Source: Folioceros fuciformis (Eukaryota). Taken from it: a stretch of 64,000 nt of DNA. Below the pieces are notes generated by a model. It saw only the letters and a list, made by a program, of their open reading frames with translations, did not search any database and had not been told where the DNA came from. Below, in pieces: positions 46,306 to 60,380 of the stretch (its first letter is position 1; every line of letters starts with the position of its first letter). The DNA lies in NCBI GenBank assembly GCA_049999805.1, contig JBNGIO010006046.1, forward strand, positions 1 to 64,000. The letters run 5' to 3'. Position numbers and translations under genes: made by a program.

Positions 46306-46426
46306 AGAGATGGGTAGATTAGACGCTGCGTACACCGGGCAACGGTGGGGACAGGATATTTTCCACATCCATGCATTACATATCATTTTGGATGTAATAT
46401 CTGAATTCCTCATTACGCGTAAATCG

Positions 46427-48106
46427 TCACTTTCTAACTTGACCTAGGAAATCTGGATAAGCACTCTGCATTGATTTTGTAGCCATCACAGATCCAAAAA
46501 AATCTGCGACTTTCACCTGAAACCAATGTTCCCTTAGTGTTAGTATGCAAGACATTATGCCTCGTACACCTTTCCAAAGCGGGTACGTAACATACCTCCT
46601 TCAAAGGTCGAGGAAACAGATCTGTCCTATAATCCGTGTGAGAAAGCAGCAAGGCTGGATCGTAGGATTGAAATAAACTGCCAGCAACAACACCAAGCAA
46701 TAAAAAAGCCAATTTACGAGAAACATGTCTCCATACTTGTGCATTGCCACCCACCTCTGCAACGTGGAATTGCTGTTGATCAATATTTTTTCAAAAAACT
46801 GTAGAGTGTAATAGGTGAAACGATCCACCACAGAAACACCTACCTGCAGGTTAAGTATAATTCTTTAGGACAGCAGATGACAAGCTTTTAGAGCAAACTG
46901 CATCTACGCATTCTAAAAACCCAATCGGTTTATCCTCTAAAAGATAATAGAGAGTAAGGACTGAGACCATACGTCGGTATCGAGGTGATGGGAGTATGAG
47001 CTTTCACCCTTAACACTGCTCCCGATAGCCAGAACACCAGGTGAATACACCTGCATCAGGGTGGACCCACGTATTAGCTGGTCGGGCAAGACTACTTGCA
47101 CTCAGAACCTCTGTTCCATGTGACAAACCTCTGAATGAAGGGTTGCAGCTTGACAGGTGTCCACCATCAAAAGGACTTCTTTGTACCTGTGTTCCCACAC
47201 CTTTTACATAAGAGAAGGGCTTATGTGCCGCTGCAGTAGGCTTTACATGCAGCTCTGATGGTCAGAATTCTAACCCTGAAACTCTGCACCATCCAAACAC
47301 CTTCACAACATTGCTTAAGACCTTTTCTTTTCATGCATTTGCGCCAGGGCATCTGCGATGTCCCTACTCTGAACCTCTTCTGCATCCTGGAATTTCAAGA
47401 ATTTATCTCCTCCATGTCCTGTCATGTACACAAGAATGTGGCTACCCTCGTCACTCAATAGCCGCTTCGATCGGGGCACTGCTGGGGCATGTCGACCAGT
47501 CAAAACACGAAGAAAATTCTCGACTGTCACCTCATAACCACGGTAGTCAACCTGGGCAAGCCAAACGTTCGTCATTTCCGTCATAAGCTAGACAACTATA
47601 AGCACACCAGAGCATAATAAGTCACCTCCACATTGTCTCCATATAGATTTATATGATGGTTCTGATTGTTGAAAACTTGGGCGGGGTAGCAATTCCTTGC
47701 ATTGCAGGCCATATCATCTGCCAGCATTAAGATAATATTGCTGTCGGGTATACCTAACCTCTTCACCGTCCTGCACTCAGAATCTGAGAACGTTAGGCGA
47801 GAGAGACTTGCGCTCCGGTGCTACCTAGCTCCAAAGCCAATCCAGCACGGACTAAGCTTGCCTGTACAGAGACAGTGTGTTGGCCATGTGGCGGTAATTG
47901 AACCTGCATGACAAGCAATTAGGGCAGACAAAACACAGACAATCCACATAGCGAGTGCGATCTAGGAGATCAAAGGAGAAATCTCACCAATACCGCGAAG
48001 TGCAGACGAGGACAGCCCAATTGTTTGTGTGGGAAGCTGCAACTAGCACTACCAGGATCTGCCATGTAAGGAGCGACCTTAGTAGCCTCCAACTACACCT
48101 CCTCAT
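46427..48106 (-). CDS. GPI8: GPI-anchor transamidase catalytic subunit (PIG-K/GPI8, peptidase C13), multi-exon
   Basis: Signal peptide then [52 protein letters not shown]; catalytic TGHGG and [24 protein letters not shown]; last exon [15 protein letters not shown]. Confidence 0.93.
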
Positions 48107-49330
48107 GGCGCTGCAGTGCAAACGAGCCAGTAGAATACTTGACCCCACACGAAATAACCGCGGCTCGGAAACCCTGATTTGAGGTTTTGAGCATACGGGT
48201 TCTACATCTGCGCTGTAAATGTCAATCCTGGTAGCTGCTGTCGAAGTAGAGTTTAAACCAAACTATAGTAGCCGGCCAAATATGCCGACACCCTGTGAGA
48301 GACAGACATGGACAGGTTTACGAGGAACTGCGAAGGGGCCCCGTGGTCGATATGCTCCTCGTCAGCCTGACAGATTGGAAGAAAAGGATGCATCTGGGTT
48401 GGCTCTTTTCTGGAGAAACGTGGTCTGGGCAGGACCATCCACAAAAAGAAACCTCACATCTGCTGGCAAGCGTCAGGATTTAGTCGCGCTAACCCCAGTT
48501 GTTTTATGATATTAATGTTCGGTTCACGCATCGTGACCAATCCTGTTGAGGCCGTTGCAAGGACCAGTGGAGTCCAATCCGGGAACACAGCAGGTGGTGC
48601 ATTGGAGTCATTTTCCCAACAAATCCATGGCACTCGCAGCACGCACATCCTGGTTCATTGTCTCAAGATTAAAAGGGCAGCCCCGGTCAGTGGCTGTAGA
48701 AAGTAACGACGACGAAGTGGGGTCACAACAGGACAAGGTTACAGACACACAACAGGCACGTCCGCAGTCGCATGCAGGCTGCATTCCAGGCAGGCTCTTT
48801 AGGCGCGCAGGCCAAGGAATCTGGAAAGTGTAGGAGGTGCCGGGGACTCGGGGAGTCATCAGATGACATCTTGTATGGAGCATCGCGTTCAGACCTGAAA
48901 CCCAGAAATCAATGTGTGTTTGCTAAAGCGATGCTGCGGGGACCACAATACTACAGTGCCATCAAGTACCTTATGGCCGCACTTTACATGGGCGTCATCT
49001 AGCCAGGTCGCGAGCAGGGGACGTTCCACACTACAAATGACGAGAGGTCGCCAATCCCTCAGCTGTGTGCACTGGGCCTTGCCAGTCGCTTAATGTAGAG
49101 TGTCCGTTATTTTTCTCACCGGTTCCGTCCACCCCTTCCCCGTGTGCTCCAGCTTCCGAGGTCGATGAGGTGGCGGAGAGGTTGACCCCTGGATTAGCTC
49201 CTCTGAGCCCTCCAGCTGCCTGTCATCCGTGTGCGCAGTATTCTTAGACTCCGATAGGTCTGTCTGCATCTCTTCGGGCAGAGATTTTGAATTTTCGTTC
49301 GTTCCCCATCCTCTAGGCCGTTGTTCTGCG

Positions 49331-49756
49331 ATGAAGATCGTGTCGGGACTCATTCCCAGCTCCATCAGAAACTTCATCAAGGAGCAGAGGGATGGCAAGG
49401 TGAAGATGACAGAGGAAAAGAGGCATGAGATCGCGCAAAAGATCATTGCCAAGACACTGAAGCTGGCAGATCCTCCTGAACGGAGCAAGTGGCGAGCGTC
49501 CGCGGAGAGATTCAGGAAGAAGTTGGGGCCAGCAGTGACCAAAGCAGCTGGCGCAGCTGGCGCAGCTGGCGCCGGTGTAGCACATGTAAGAGATGTAATC
49601 TCGGTGCCGGCAAGGTTCAGCTTTGCAGATGCTGGAGGTCGACTCAGCACCGAGGGATTTTCAAGTCCTAGAAGATTCAGCGATGTCAGTCTCTTCGGAC
49701 ACTCGAAACAAGTCGTCAGGGGGGATGAAACACTGTCGCTGCTCGATGTTGATTGA
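49331..49756 (+). CDS. Hypothetical 141-aa basic protein
   Basis: ATG-initiated purine-rich ORF with an amphipathic helix-like segment EEKRHEIAQKIIAKTLKLADPP. No recognised domain. Confidence 0.35.
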   Translation: MKIVSGLIPSSIRNFIKEQRDGKVKMTEEKRHEIAQKIIAKTLKLADPPERSKWRASAERFRKKLGPAVTKAAGAAGAAGAGVAHVRDVISVPARFSFADAGGRLSTEGFSSPRRFSDVSLFGHSKQVVRGDETLSLLDVD

Positions 49757-50854
49757 CAAACGTTCATGTCTTCAGGGTGTTGAATAACCGGAAAATGCAA
49801 AAGGACACAGTTCTAAGCGGTCCGCAGATTGAGCCGGATGGAAGCTGAAAGCGAGATGCCTGAGGCAGTCCGCAGATTGAGCCGGATGGAGGCTGAAAGC
49901 GAGATGAAGGATATGGGAAGGAGAAAGCTGAAAGCGAGATGAAGGATATGGGAAGGAGAACGCCAGGCTTTCCCAGGCACACAGGATCTATATCTTGATT
50001 TCGTGATTGGAATCGCGTCTTGTCTACTGTCCACCACATGTGCGCTCCACTCGTGTGATGTAGAAGTACATATTTCGGTTTGGTTGTTGTTCCAGGGGTA
50101 TCTACCGTATATACAGTTAGCAGCAGGTGGGACACTGTATTCATTGTCCCACCCCTACAGTGGGAAGAGACACATTTTGCATGCCGCTTAGGATACCGTT
50201 AGTAGCAGCTATGGTATGATCTTGAACAGATATTTTTCAAATACCTTACGAATCCAACATTGATGTACAAGAGACTTGTTAAATAAATGATTGAATTTTA
50301 TTAAAATAATCTGTATAATGTCTTTGGCTTTTCTTTGCATAAACTACACTATGATTAGGATGGAATATAAAGGAACAAAGAGTTACATCGCAGCTGCCAA
50401 ATCCCCATCAAGCTAATCCCATCTTGGACTCCATGTCCAAGCAGCTTCTAGTAGTATGATGTATAGGAATGAGATACTTTATATCTCTTTAAAGCTCAGT
50501 CAAACAACTTGCAAATGATAGGGTGTCATCTTACAATAGCTTTACAAGCAAGCAGCCTACAACAAAAGGTGAGGCATCATCTTGCAATAGCTTTACAAGC
50601 AAGCGGCCTACAGCCAAACATGGCGCATCATCCTATAACAGCTTTACAGGTAAGCAGCCTAAAGCAAAAGATGGGGTATCATCTTGTAGTAACTTTATAA
50701 GCAAGAAGCCTAAAGCCAAAGATGGGGCGTCGTCTTCCATTCACCTAGTTGAGCATGAATGCTCTGTGAGGTCTTCCATTCACCTAGTTGGGCATGAATN
50801 NNNNNNNNNCTGTGAGGTCTTCCATTCACCTAGTTGGGCATGAATGCTCTGTGA

Positions 50855-53800
50855 GGCCTACGTCTCAATCTCCGATCCAATCCCGTGTGTAATCCCCCAT
50901 GGCATGGCATCCCCATCCTCCACCGTGCATCTCTCTTCATCCAAACTCTCTCTACAGGAAATCACATATCACGATTGCCTCTACTCGTATCGCCCAGTTT
51001 TGCCAATCTCCTAGTTTAAGCCGTGAAACCATGTTTTGCCACCTCCTAGTTTAANNNNNNNNNNTGAAACCATGTTTTGCCACCTCCTAGTTTAAGCCGT
51101 GAAACCATGTTCAACCGTGAAACCGGGTCGAACTTGTGAAACTGTGTGCGGTCTTTTGAGGAGCAAGGCAAGGAGACCCTGAAGCAAGGAGTCGGAGGTA
51201 GGAGGCGTGTGGCATAGTGGGCAAGGAGGAGCCGAAGCATCTCGTTTATCTTTTGACAATGATTTGGCGTATGTTGTGTACTACTCACAAATTTCATGGT
51301 CATGGCCAACAAAACGAAATGAAAATAAGCTAACATGCAACAACACCTATAGTTTGCATGTCACTTTCTTCTTCTTGGGTAGTGCTCGTTCTTCTATACC
51401 TGTAAATCGCATAAGCTTATTCGTCCCTTCGTATCTCTTCCAAGGCTGGTCTTGTGGTCTTCTGCATAAAGAGGCCTTGTGTTTGTTTCATTATTGTATA
51501 TGCCTCATCTAGGATAGCAGGTTTGGCTTGAACTATGCTTTGCATGTTCATATAGATGGCATCCAAGCCCCGACGTCGTTTCATCCTCAAATATGCCAAG
51601 TTAGGCGGGTTGCTTTGAAGGGTGGCCACATCTTCATTACTACACGGCACATGATCCTTATCCATTATCTTGTCACATGCCTAGCCTTCATCACTCACCA
51701 CATTGAGTTCAGGTCGAACAAAGTACGTCCCTCCTCTTGCCCTACAACATATCCTTCATTAGTATGCCAAGAAAGCTGTACTAGTTGAGAAGTTTCTTCA
51801 AATGTACTAGTTGAGAAGTTTCTTCAAATATACCACAAACATGTTGCACCTTTACGACATGCTTGCATAGAAAACCTCGCTGCCCCATTCCACATGAGCA
51901 AAAAGCCTAAGGAGAGTGTGCAACTTCAATACAATATAAGTGATCATTGTCATTAGACAACATGCAATATGCAACAGTAGATCCAACTGTTGTGAAAAAG
52001 ATGACAGTCTCGTCTACAATACTACTTGCTATAGCAACGACATGTTCTTACACTTTTTTCAACTTTGAATTAGGTCTGTATCCTCTAGCCTTAGTGAAAT
52101 CAAGATACCAATAATGCCGGGCTATCTTGTTCACTAGTTGATGCAATAACCAATCCATATGCCTACCTGGCAACGTTGCTTTGGTGAATGACACTCTTTC
52201 TTTCAGAAAACGGTTAAAAGCCTCCAAGGCAAACGTTGTGTCTTGTCCAGTATCAGGTATGCCCTATAGTTCTTCATCCACATTCCTGTGAAACAAAAAT
52301 AAGGCATGTCAGTAGAAACAACGAAAAGGAACAATATAACTAGTTCACACTAACCCTGAACATCACAAATATTACCTACAAAGTTTCCCCACTGCTTTCG
52401 GAAGTAGTCGATGAATCCAGGCTCAGTAACATTCCACTCCTTATAGAAAAACTCCAACAACACCTTACCCCATGCTATAGTCTTATCTTGTGTCTTGTGA
52501 CCACTGACATACATAATGTTTGCAAGAGCTACTCGTATCGCCTTCCTTGCTACAGGACACTTAACCTTCTTCAAAAGGTTTCGCTGCCATGCCTGTCTAA
52601 CATGCCAGAGGCACAAAACAACATTTATGTTTACTCCCCATACCTGTTTGAACCCTCCCCACTAGAAAACAACTAGGAGTCCATGAAGAACATGTGTTCG
52701 TGCAATTCTTTTAAGAGGCCCCAACCAAGACACCTAAGACATTACGGTAGCTTCTTGGGTTAGTGCCCATGCCATTGGAATACCATTCAAGTGGTGATAA
52801 AAAACCATGACATTAAATAGATGATACGTATACTTATTCAGCCCGAATGTAGCGTTCATTGCTAGAACACTATTGTTACCATGTTTGATCAACATGTGCC
52901 GCACAAAAGGAGTTTGCAGCCCTAAAATAAAAGGCTCATCCCATTCTGATATATGAGATGAGCATGGAGTTTCAACCACATGTCAGTGGACGATGATCAG
53001 GATCTAACTTCCCCTCGCGCTTCTACTTGTCATTTGATGTTCAAGATGACATGAACTTAGCANNNNNNNNNNTTCAAGATGACATGAACTTAGCATCATC
53101 AAGATCCAACTTCCACTCATGTGCTTCTACTTGTTGTTTGATATTCAAGATGACATGGACTTAGCATCATCATGATCCAACTTCCACTCACGTGCTTCTA
53201 CCTGTTGTGTGATGTTCAAGATGACATGAACATAGCATCATCAGGATCCAACTTCCACTCACGCCCTTTTACCTGTCGTTTGATGTTCAAGACATCCTTT
53301 CATTGCATGTAATCATCGCGAACATCCCGGTGTGCTCTCCATGTATGTAGTTCAAGACATCCTTTCATTGCATGTAATCATCGCGAACATCCTCTCCATG
53401 TATGTAGTGACTCATCTTCTCGTACACAACTGCAACATGTTTGCGCATAATTTCTGAGACGAAAACCTTGCAATAAAGACATGGAGTGACCATCATATCG
53501 GGGACCATGATATGACAAACTGTAGGGTTATTAAAGCCCAATGTGATTAAAGCCCAATGTGATTAGACTAATGTGTTTAGTCTAAGATTAGTGTCCAGTT
53601 TAGTCTAAGATTAGTGTCCAGTTTAGTCTAAGATTAGTATCTAGTTTAGTCTAAGATTAGTGTCTAGTTTAGTCTAAGATTAGTGTCTAGTTGATATTAA
53701 TTTAGCTTAAGTAGTGTCTAGTTGATAATAATTTAGCTTAAGTTAATTTGTAGGAAGCTTGTTGGCAGCTTCCTGTGCTATGCGCTTCTTGTCAAGCTTC

Positions 53801-55012
53801 CTTGGGAGCTCTTCTATAGGGTATAAATACCCTCTTGAGCTCCCTTGCAATAATGTGAGAAAACATCACCAACCTGATCTGTATATTGTCCTTGGTGAAG
53901 AATGATCTAAGCTCCTTGAAACATGAACAATTGCTTTACAACAAAATGGGCCATACAACTAGTCTTCATTCGAACATTTCTAAGTGAGATAACTGCTCAA
54001 AAATCTTCTGGTCCATAGGAGCACCAATACCTACAAAAGAGGAGGATATGTATTTTAGCATAGCTTCAATTACCCACCGCATATCCTTCAACCAAAATGC
54101 CACAAGACTGTGGAAGGGTGTACACAAGTGCATAGACACATTAGCCTTAGCTGTTCAACCGTTTGCCAAATACAGCAGGGTAGATTATATCAGCCATATT
54201 ATGGCACAGCAGGGTAGATTATATCAGCCATACTATGGCGTGAGGCCTATCAGCCATATTATGGCACAACAGCTGGCCGCAGGGCATTTCGACTCTTTGA
54301 ATCTTTGCGGTTGGCCGCACTCTTGAGACTTTCTCTAGCCACAAAATCCTTCACATGATTCCATTGAAATGTCCGAGCGGTGGGATGTGGACGTTGAGCG
54401 GGAATGTCTAGTGATGGCACAACAGCTGGCCGCAGGGCATTTCAACTCTTTGAATCTTTGGAGTAGGCCGCACACTTGAGACTTTCTCCAGCCACGAAAT
54501 CCTCCACACGACTCCATTGAAATGTCCGAGTGGTAGGATCTGGATGTTGAGTGGGAACTCCATCAGAACATAAGCACGGTGCAAAGCGTGCTCGCTTTAG
54601 GGTTTAAGCAAAATGGTTGTTGAAGCTTAAACCCGGTTTCACGGCTGNNNNNNNNNNGCTTAAACCCGGTTTCACGGCTGCTCGCTTTAAGGTTTAAGCA
54701 AAATCGTTGTTGAAGCTTAAACCCGGTTTCACGGCTTACATGGTTACATCGGAGGTGGCAAAACTGAGAAAAACGAGTACAGGCGATCGCAATATGTGAT
54801 TTCCTGTAGAGATGGTGAAAGAGAGATGCATGGCGATCGCAGTATGTAATTTCCTGTACAGATGGTGAAAGAGAGATGCATGGCGATCGCATTATGTGAT
54901 TTCCTGTAGAGATGGTGAAAGAGAGATGCATGGCGGAGGATGGGGACGCCATGCCACGGGGATCACACGCGAGGGCGAAGCATTTATTGGATCGGAGATT
55001 GAGACGCAGGCC
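50855..55012 (-). mobile_element. Degenerate Mutator-like element with transposase remnant
   Basis: ~250-bp TIRs (GGCCT.CGTCTCAATCTCCGATCCAAT... at 50855 and its reverse complement ending 55012); 9-bp flanks GCTCTGTGA / GCTCGGTGT; MULE-domain fragments PFILGLQTP..AMNATFGLNKY..NGIPMAW, CLWHVRQAW, FIDYFRKQW. Confidence 0.85.
53521..53940. mobile_element. Probable solo LTR nested in the MULE
   Basis: Bounded by TGTA...TACA; internal 21-bp tandem repeats (GTTTAGTCTAAGATTAGTGTC) and a TATAAATA box. ACAAA on both flanks, one base offset. Confidence 0.5.
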
Positions 55013-55431
55013 GCTCGGTGTGCACCGCGACAAGGCACTTGAGCAGGTGGCTACTCATTCGCGTGGTTGTGGGAAGGCATACTTTGTGATAAGCTCCGTA
55101 CGGCCCCATCTGCGTCATGTACTGAGCACTTTCCAGAATTCTAGGAGGCAAGAGTGACGGTTTACTAAAATCTGAAAAGGAAACCAGCGAGTCAATTGAC
55201 CACACCAATAATGTACAGAAAAGCTCAAAAAGACAAGCTCCAACATCAATGCCTCCAATGCGCTACTAGGTGTTCTAAACCTCCGAATCACAGATACACA
55301 AAATTTCTGGACCTCCCTTGTTGAGCCAGATTCAATGGTTCGCAGTACGAAATCTACAAATGCCTGCAATGTGCATCTTTGACCAATGCAAGGGGAATCC
55401 TTTAGGACATCATATGCCTATCATCACCCAA

Positions 55432-58400
55432 CTATGCCCTGAACAAATAACGCAGATCTGACTCGGACAGCCGAGTTCTTTGCTCCGTGAGCTCGGTCTC
55501 ACCAAAAGCGGAAGCAACTATCTGCCTTTTATTGTCCTGCACAACCCAGAACAACAGGGTCATCAACGGTGCGTCAAAGAGGAACGACATGCTACGCACA
55601 GGATTTGTAAAAGGTGAACTAACCAACCTGCAACGCTAAAATGCGGTCCTCAATTGTGTTCTTCACTGTGAAACGGGACACTTTCACAGGACGGGTTTGC
55701 CCAATACGATGTGCGCGATCAATAGCTTGATCTTCGGTTGTGGGATTCCACCAAATGTCCATCAGCAGGACATGGGACGCAGAGACCATGTTCAGTCCCA
55801 AGCTTGCTGCCTTCAAGGACATGATGATGACATTCACCTGCAACACTTTGTCACAGCAACATGAGAACCAGGTACCTCAAAGTTGAGCAGTCCCATTGGA
55901 ATCTCACCAACAGCAGCACATGCTCACCTCGGGAACTGTGTTGAACTCATGGACAGCACGATCTCTGGCATTGACAGACATAGTACCATCGAGCCGTCTG
56001 TAGCAAAATCCAGCTTGCTTCAACGGAGTTTCCAGCAGATCAAGCATGCCTGTCCACTGTGAAAAAACAATAGCCTTCTCCGTTGCAACTGAATGCTTCG
56101 TAAGGGCAAAGCTTTTGTCAACTTCAACCAGCGAACAAGTCTTTTCTCCCTTTACTTCAACCTGCCCTCTCTGTGTCGGTAAATCCGAAACAACAGCGTC
56201 AGGCAAGATTCCTACCGTCGTGTCAGTCACCTGCAACTTTGGTAGTGCCATCAGTGTACTGATGACAGCATCTATCTTAGAGGAAGAAACCCAAGCTTGG
56301 TTTGCCTCTGAGTCCAGAGTTAACTCCTGGCCCTTCACCGGCATTGCATCGTCCAATATTGTGGCCTGGCCATTCAACGCAGCAAGAGAGTACAATTGAG
56401 ATGATTTCAGAGCCTTCCTACACCCAGAAAATGGGCATATTGTATCATCTCCGGCTCCCAGGTGCTGTAATATGCACTGCTCACAGAAGACATGATAGCA
56501 GGACGTCACAACTGCTTCCTCAAGAGCATCCTGCAGAGGGATTGAAGGTTTCAGTAACAAACAATGATGAAGGGAAGAAGGTAATGCAAAGAAACAATGA
56601 TACAAAGATTCACCAAATGTTGATGAAACCCAATTGGTGCTTAGGTAGCTGAAAACATCTTATCACATATTTTTGGAGAAAACAAGGGGATTAAAGCATA
56701 CATTGCATATGGAACAGATAGAATTGTTGTCCTCAACCATGGCAAGCAGCTGCCCTCGCTTGATCTCAGACAATGCGCAAACCGAGTCAATAGTGGATCG
56801 CTGGCGAGACTGGGAACTAAGGCCTTTAACGAGCTGCCTGTGATCGCATGCCTGGCGTAGTCGCAGCAGTAACCACAATATGTTGACATAATTGTTCTGA
56901 ACAGTTCCAGCTGCTGCATACATCTACACCATTCCAAAGTGATGACGGCAGGTTAGCTTGAACCTTCATTTTCTGGTACAGATATCTAGTAAGCGGGGAT
57001 CAACCAACTACGGCATCAATGCTACACAAAGAGCCACCTGAAACTGCTCCCGAGACTCTTTCTCGAGACAAGTGTAGAACGCGCGTTCATCAGGAGTAAA
57101 TTCTGCTTGTTTCAGTTCCACAATTCGAGGAGGCAACTTCACTATTGGCTCTCCATCAATGAGGGTGCCTGGACACGCTGACAAAGGTTACGCTGCTGTT
57201 GTTTGAATTGCAATATGCATGGGAAAAGGACTAAGAACACGTCAGCCTGAAAAGACGAGAGTTTTTTTTCTTTCTTCTTTGGGGGGAGCTACGGCACTAT
57301 GTTGTGCCAGCATGAAGTACTATTCTTGGACCAAGTACTGACCTTTGGTGCGCCGCAGCAGAATTCCACGTAGAATAGCCTGTAACTCACGATATCCTTC
57401 GGCAGGAAATCGGGTGATTTTTTCTTTTACTCTGGCCCGAAACTCATTGTATTTATCATATGGTGAGTACCTCAGAAATCGGAAGTAACTGTAGAGGTCA
57501 TCGATGGAGTTCTGAATGGGTGTTCCACTTAGACACCACCTCCTCTTGGCCCTCAAACCCCAGGCAGCACGGGCAACCTGTGTTTTTCCGTTCTTAATGC
57601 TTTGAGCTTCATCAAGAATAACCCGAAACCATGTGACCCTTGCTAAGGGCCCAGCATCTGAATGAGCTGAAACACCATCTTGTCCCTCAGTACCTCGGCC
57701 CCTTGGCTTCTTCCTCCCTTTGTCCGCTTTCTTTGCAGCCTTGGCTTGGAAGAAGCCATTGTTCAGTCCGTAGTCACTGTAGTTTCTTTTCTCTTCTTCC
57801 TGTTCCTCAGGAGATGGTTGCAAAGGCACCTCCAAACCAAGAATTGAGTATGTGGTTAAAACCACGTCATATTTTGCAAGTTCTTCCGGGTCACGTGTCC
57901 TGCTTCCTCCGTGATAGATCACAAATGTCAGTCCTGCATTGGGGGACACCCTGGTCCTCAGTTCATTTGCCCATTGTCTCAGCACACTTGTGGGGCACAC
58001 AACCAGAGTGCCCGCTGCGGGCCTTCCCTTGGTTGGGAAACAAGCACCATGATTTGGCGTCTTGTCATGAGCATGAGAGGGCCCATTTGTTATCGCTTCC
58101 TGGAGTTCAAATTCTTTGATATCTCGCTTGATTGGAAAACTCTTGCTCTCCTCCTCATCCTCAATATGGACAGTCTGTGGCTCTAGCAGTAAGGGACGTG
58201 ACTGTTCACAATCTACATTCCGACGCGGTGGTCTGTTTTTCAAAATGAGAGAGATCGTTGAGATCGTCTTTCCAAGACCCTAGCACAGACAAGGACATGA
58301 ACAACGTGAGCACAGAAAATGTGCATGCATTCATTCATCTATTTTGTCGTAAAGAACAAATTCCTCACGTCATTCATTGCAAAAGTCTCCCAAAACTACC

Positions 58401-60380
58401 TGATCATCTGCCAAGATGCCACCAACAGGGAGGTGCTCACTTGGAGCCTCCCTTTTCGTCATCCAATTGAGAGCAATCCTCTGCAATATCAACGTGACAG
58501 ATATCCTCAATGTACTCTCACATTAAAATACAAATAGTATCTTTCAGAAAGAGAATTACACGAAGTTTTAAATCCACTTGACCACCCATTAGTGTACCTG
58601 ATGCTTCAGAAGCTGAACAGTCATCAGACCCTCATCCAAACATGATTCCTCTGAGGTAGGACCTTCTGCAAAAGTCTGAAACATCAACAGAAGATCTCGG
58701 TTAGAGGTTCCAACAGACAGCAAGACGCACTGAGAACCTTTCAAGAAAGCAGATAATCTCATAATCGCACAGCAGATCACGACATCGATAAATCATCTAA
58801 GGGGCCAGCTGATCCTACTTTTCCCCTGCTGACCACACTGTTGATGTTCTGACCATGAAAGGTTCTTCTGATATTTTGTCCAATTCCAGAGGGTGGGATG
58901 GTCACTCTTGCACATAGATCATTGCTGTAAGGGTGAACCTGCTCCATCAAACGCCTTTGCGCATAGCCAGGCAGATCAAGGAGTTTGACATCGGGCCACT
59001 TCGTGATCGCAGGATGTCTGGCAGAGAGTCCGGCAGCAGCAATCTGTTTGTTCAACAAGTCTGTTGGCAGAGATGCCACAGGTTTGGCAATATTCCAAGC
59101 TTGCGGTGCAGCTGCTTCTGACTTGACCCTAGAAAGATCAACAAGCTGAAATGCTGACTTATCCTGTTCATCAAACTTCTGGGCAACACAGGGAATCGTA
59201 ACCCGATGCCGTTTGGCTACCGAATCCATCCATGCAGGAAGCATTCGTTTTCCAAGCGCACTGCTCCCCACTTCCATTTGATCAGACAGTTCATCATCAC
59301 TGCTTTCTATCTCAGTGAGGTCAACAAATCCATGCTTGATTACAGCAGGCTGTTTTTTAGTGTCCCTCCCGTTTGCAGCTTGCACACTGGAGCTTCCAGG
59401 AAATGACATGACCATAACACACGTATCATCTTCAGAAGCAGCCATCGCATCCTTGTGAAACTCAACAACGTCAGAGCATGGGGACAGCTCTCCAGTTGGT
59501 TCATTCACAAACCTAGACAGTGACGAAGTCACACCCTGCTTCCAATCTGATGCTAAAACAGAATCATCAGGTTGTTTGGGCCGATTACGGTCAATAAGCC
59601 TATCTGGTGTTCCGTAAGAGAAAAACCCTAACTCCTGTGATAAATTGCTTGGAACTCCAAAAGTGAAGCTTTCCCCTCTCAGACCCTCGGATGAAGCAAA
59701 GCGGCTGCCTACTGCCATTCCTGAAGCAGCACAGTCTTTTGATTTAGAACAGAAGAATAAGAATAGGGGTTGCAAGTCAGAGTCGACCAGAGCAGAACAG
59801 AAGACCCACAAGAGGAGTACCAGATGTTTGGGAGCCAGAATCCTGCCCAGCCAAGAAACCCCTTTGTTCTGCCAAAACTACAGTAGGCGAAAAGTCACTG
59901 TGTGACAAACTTCCTGGCGCCTCGACGTTGTTAGCCTGCCAGAAGGATGACGATGTTTTAATGAACAAACTGCCAAAGGTACAAACTGCAAAGCTAAAAC
60001 TAGACCTAGCTTCCCATCGACTTGCACTGCAAAACACTTCATGCTAATATTACCTTTGGATCTTCTCTCATTAAAGCATAAAAATCGGCCAAATCAATAT
60101 CAGCCTTGTCCCCATCACCCGTTAATTGTTCATCAGAGTCAGCAATAACCGCCGGCTCTACGATACCATCTTGGATTGCGGAGGTGTTGTAGCATTCATC
60201 CCCACTGACTTCACTGATTTCATCCTCAGAGCTGTGAGTCAAGATATTTTCCATGCCATCAACCGTTGGGCGAACTGGAGGACGTGAAAACAGACTTCCC
60301 ATTCCTCCACCATCGGCATGATCCCACGAGATTTTCATCTTCTGGAGGTACTGAATATCTCTGCGCAATATTGTCCACAA
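55432..60380 (-). CDS. SNF2-RING helicase of the Rad5/Ris1 group (CHR27/CHR28, FRG-like); multi-exon, start codon uncertain
   Basis: [152 protein letters not shown]; ends DLRYLFRA*. Confidence 0.93.
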
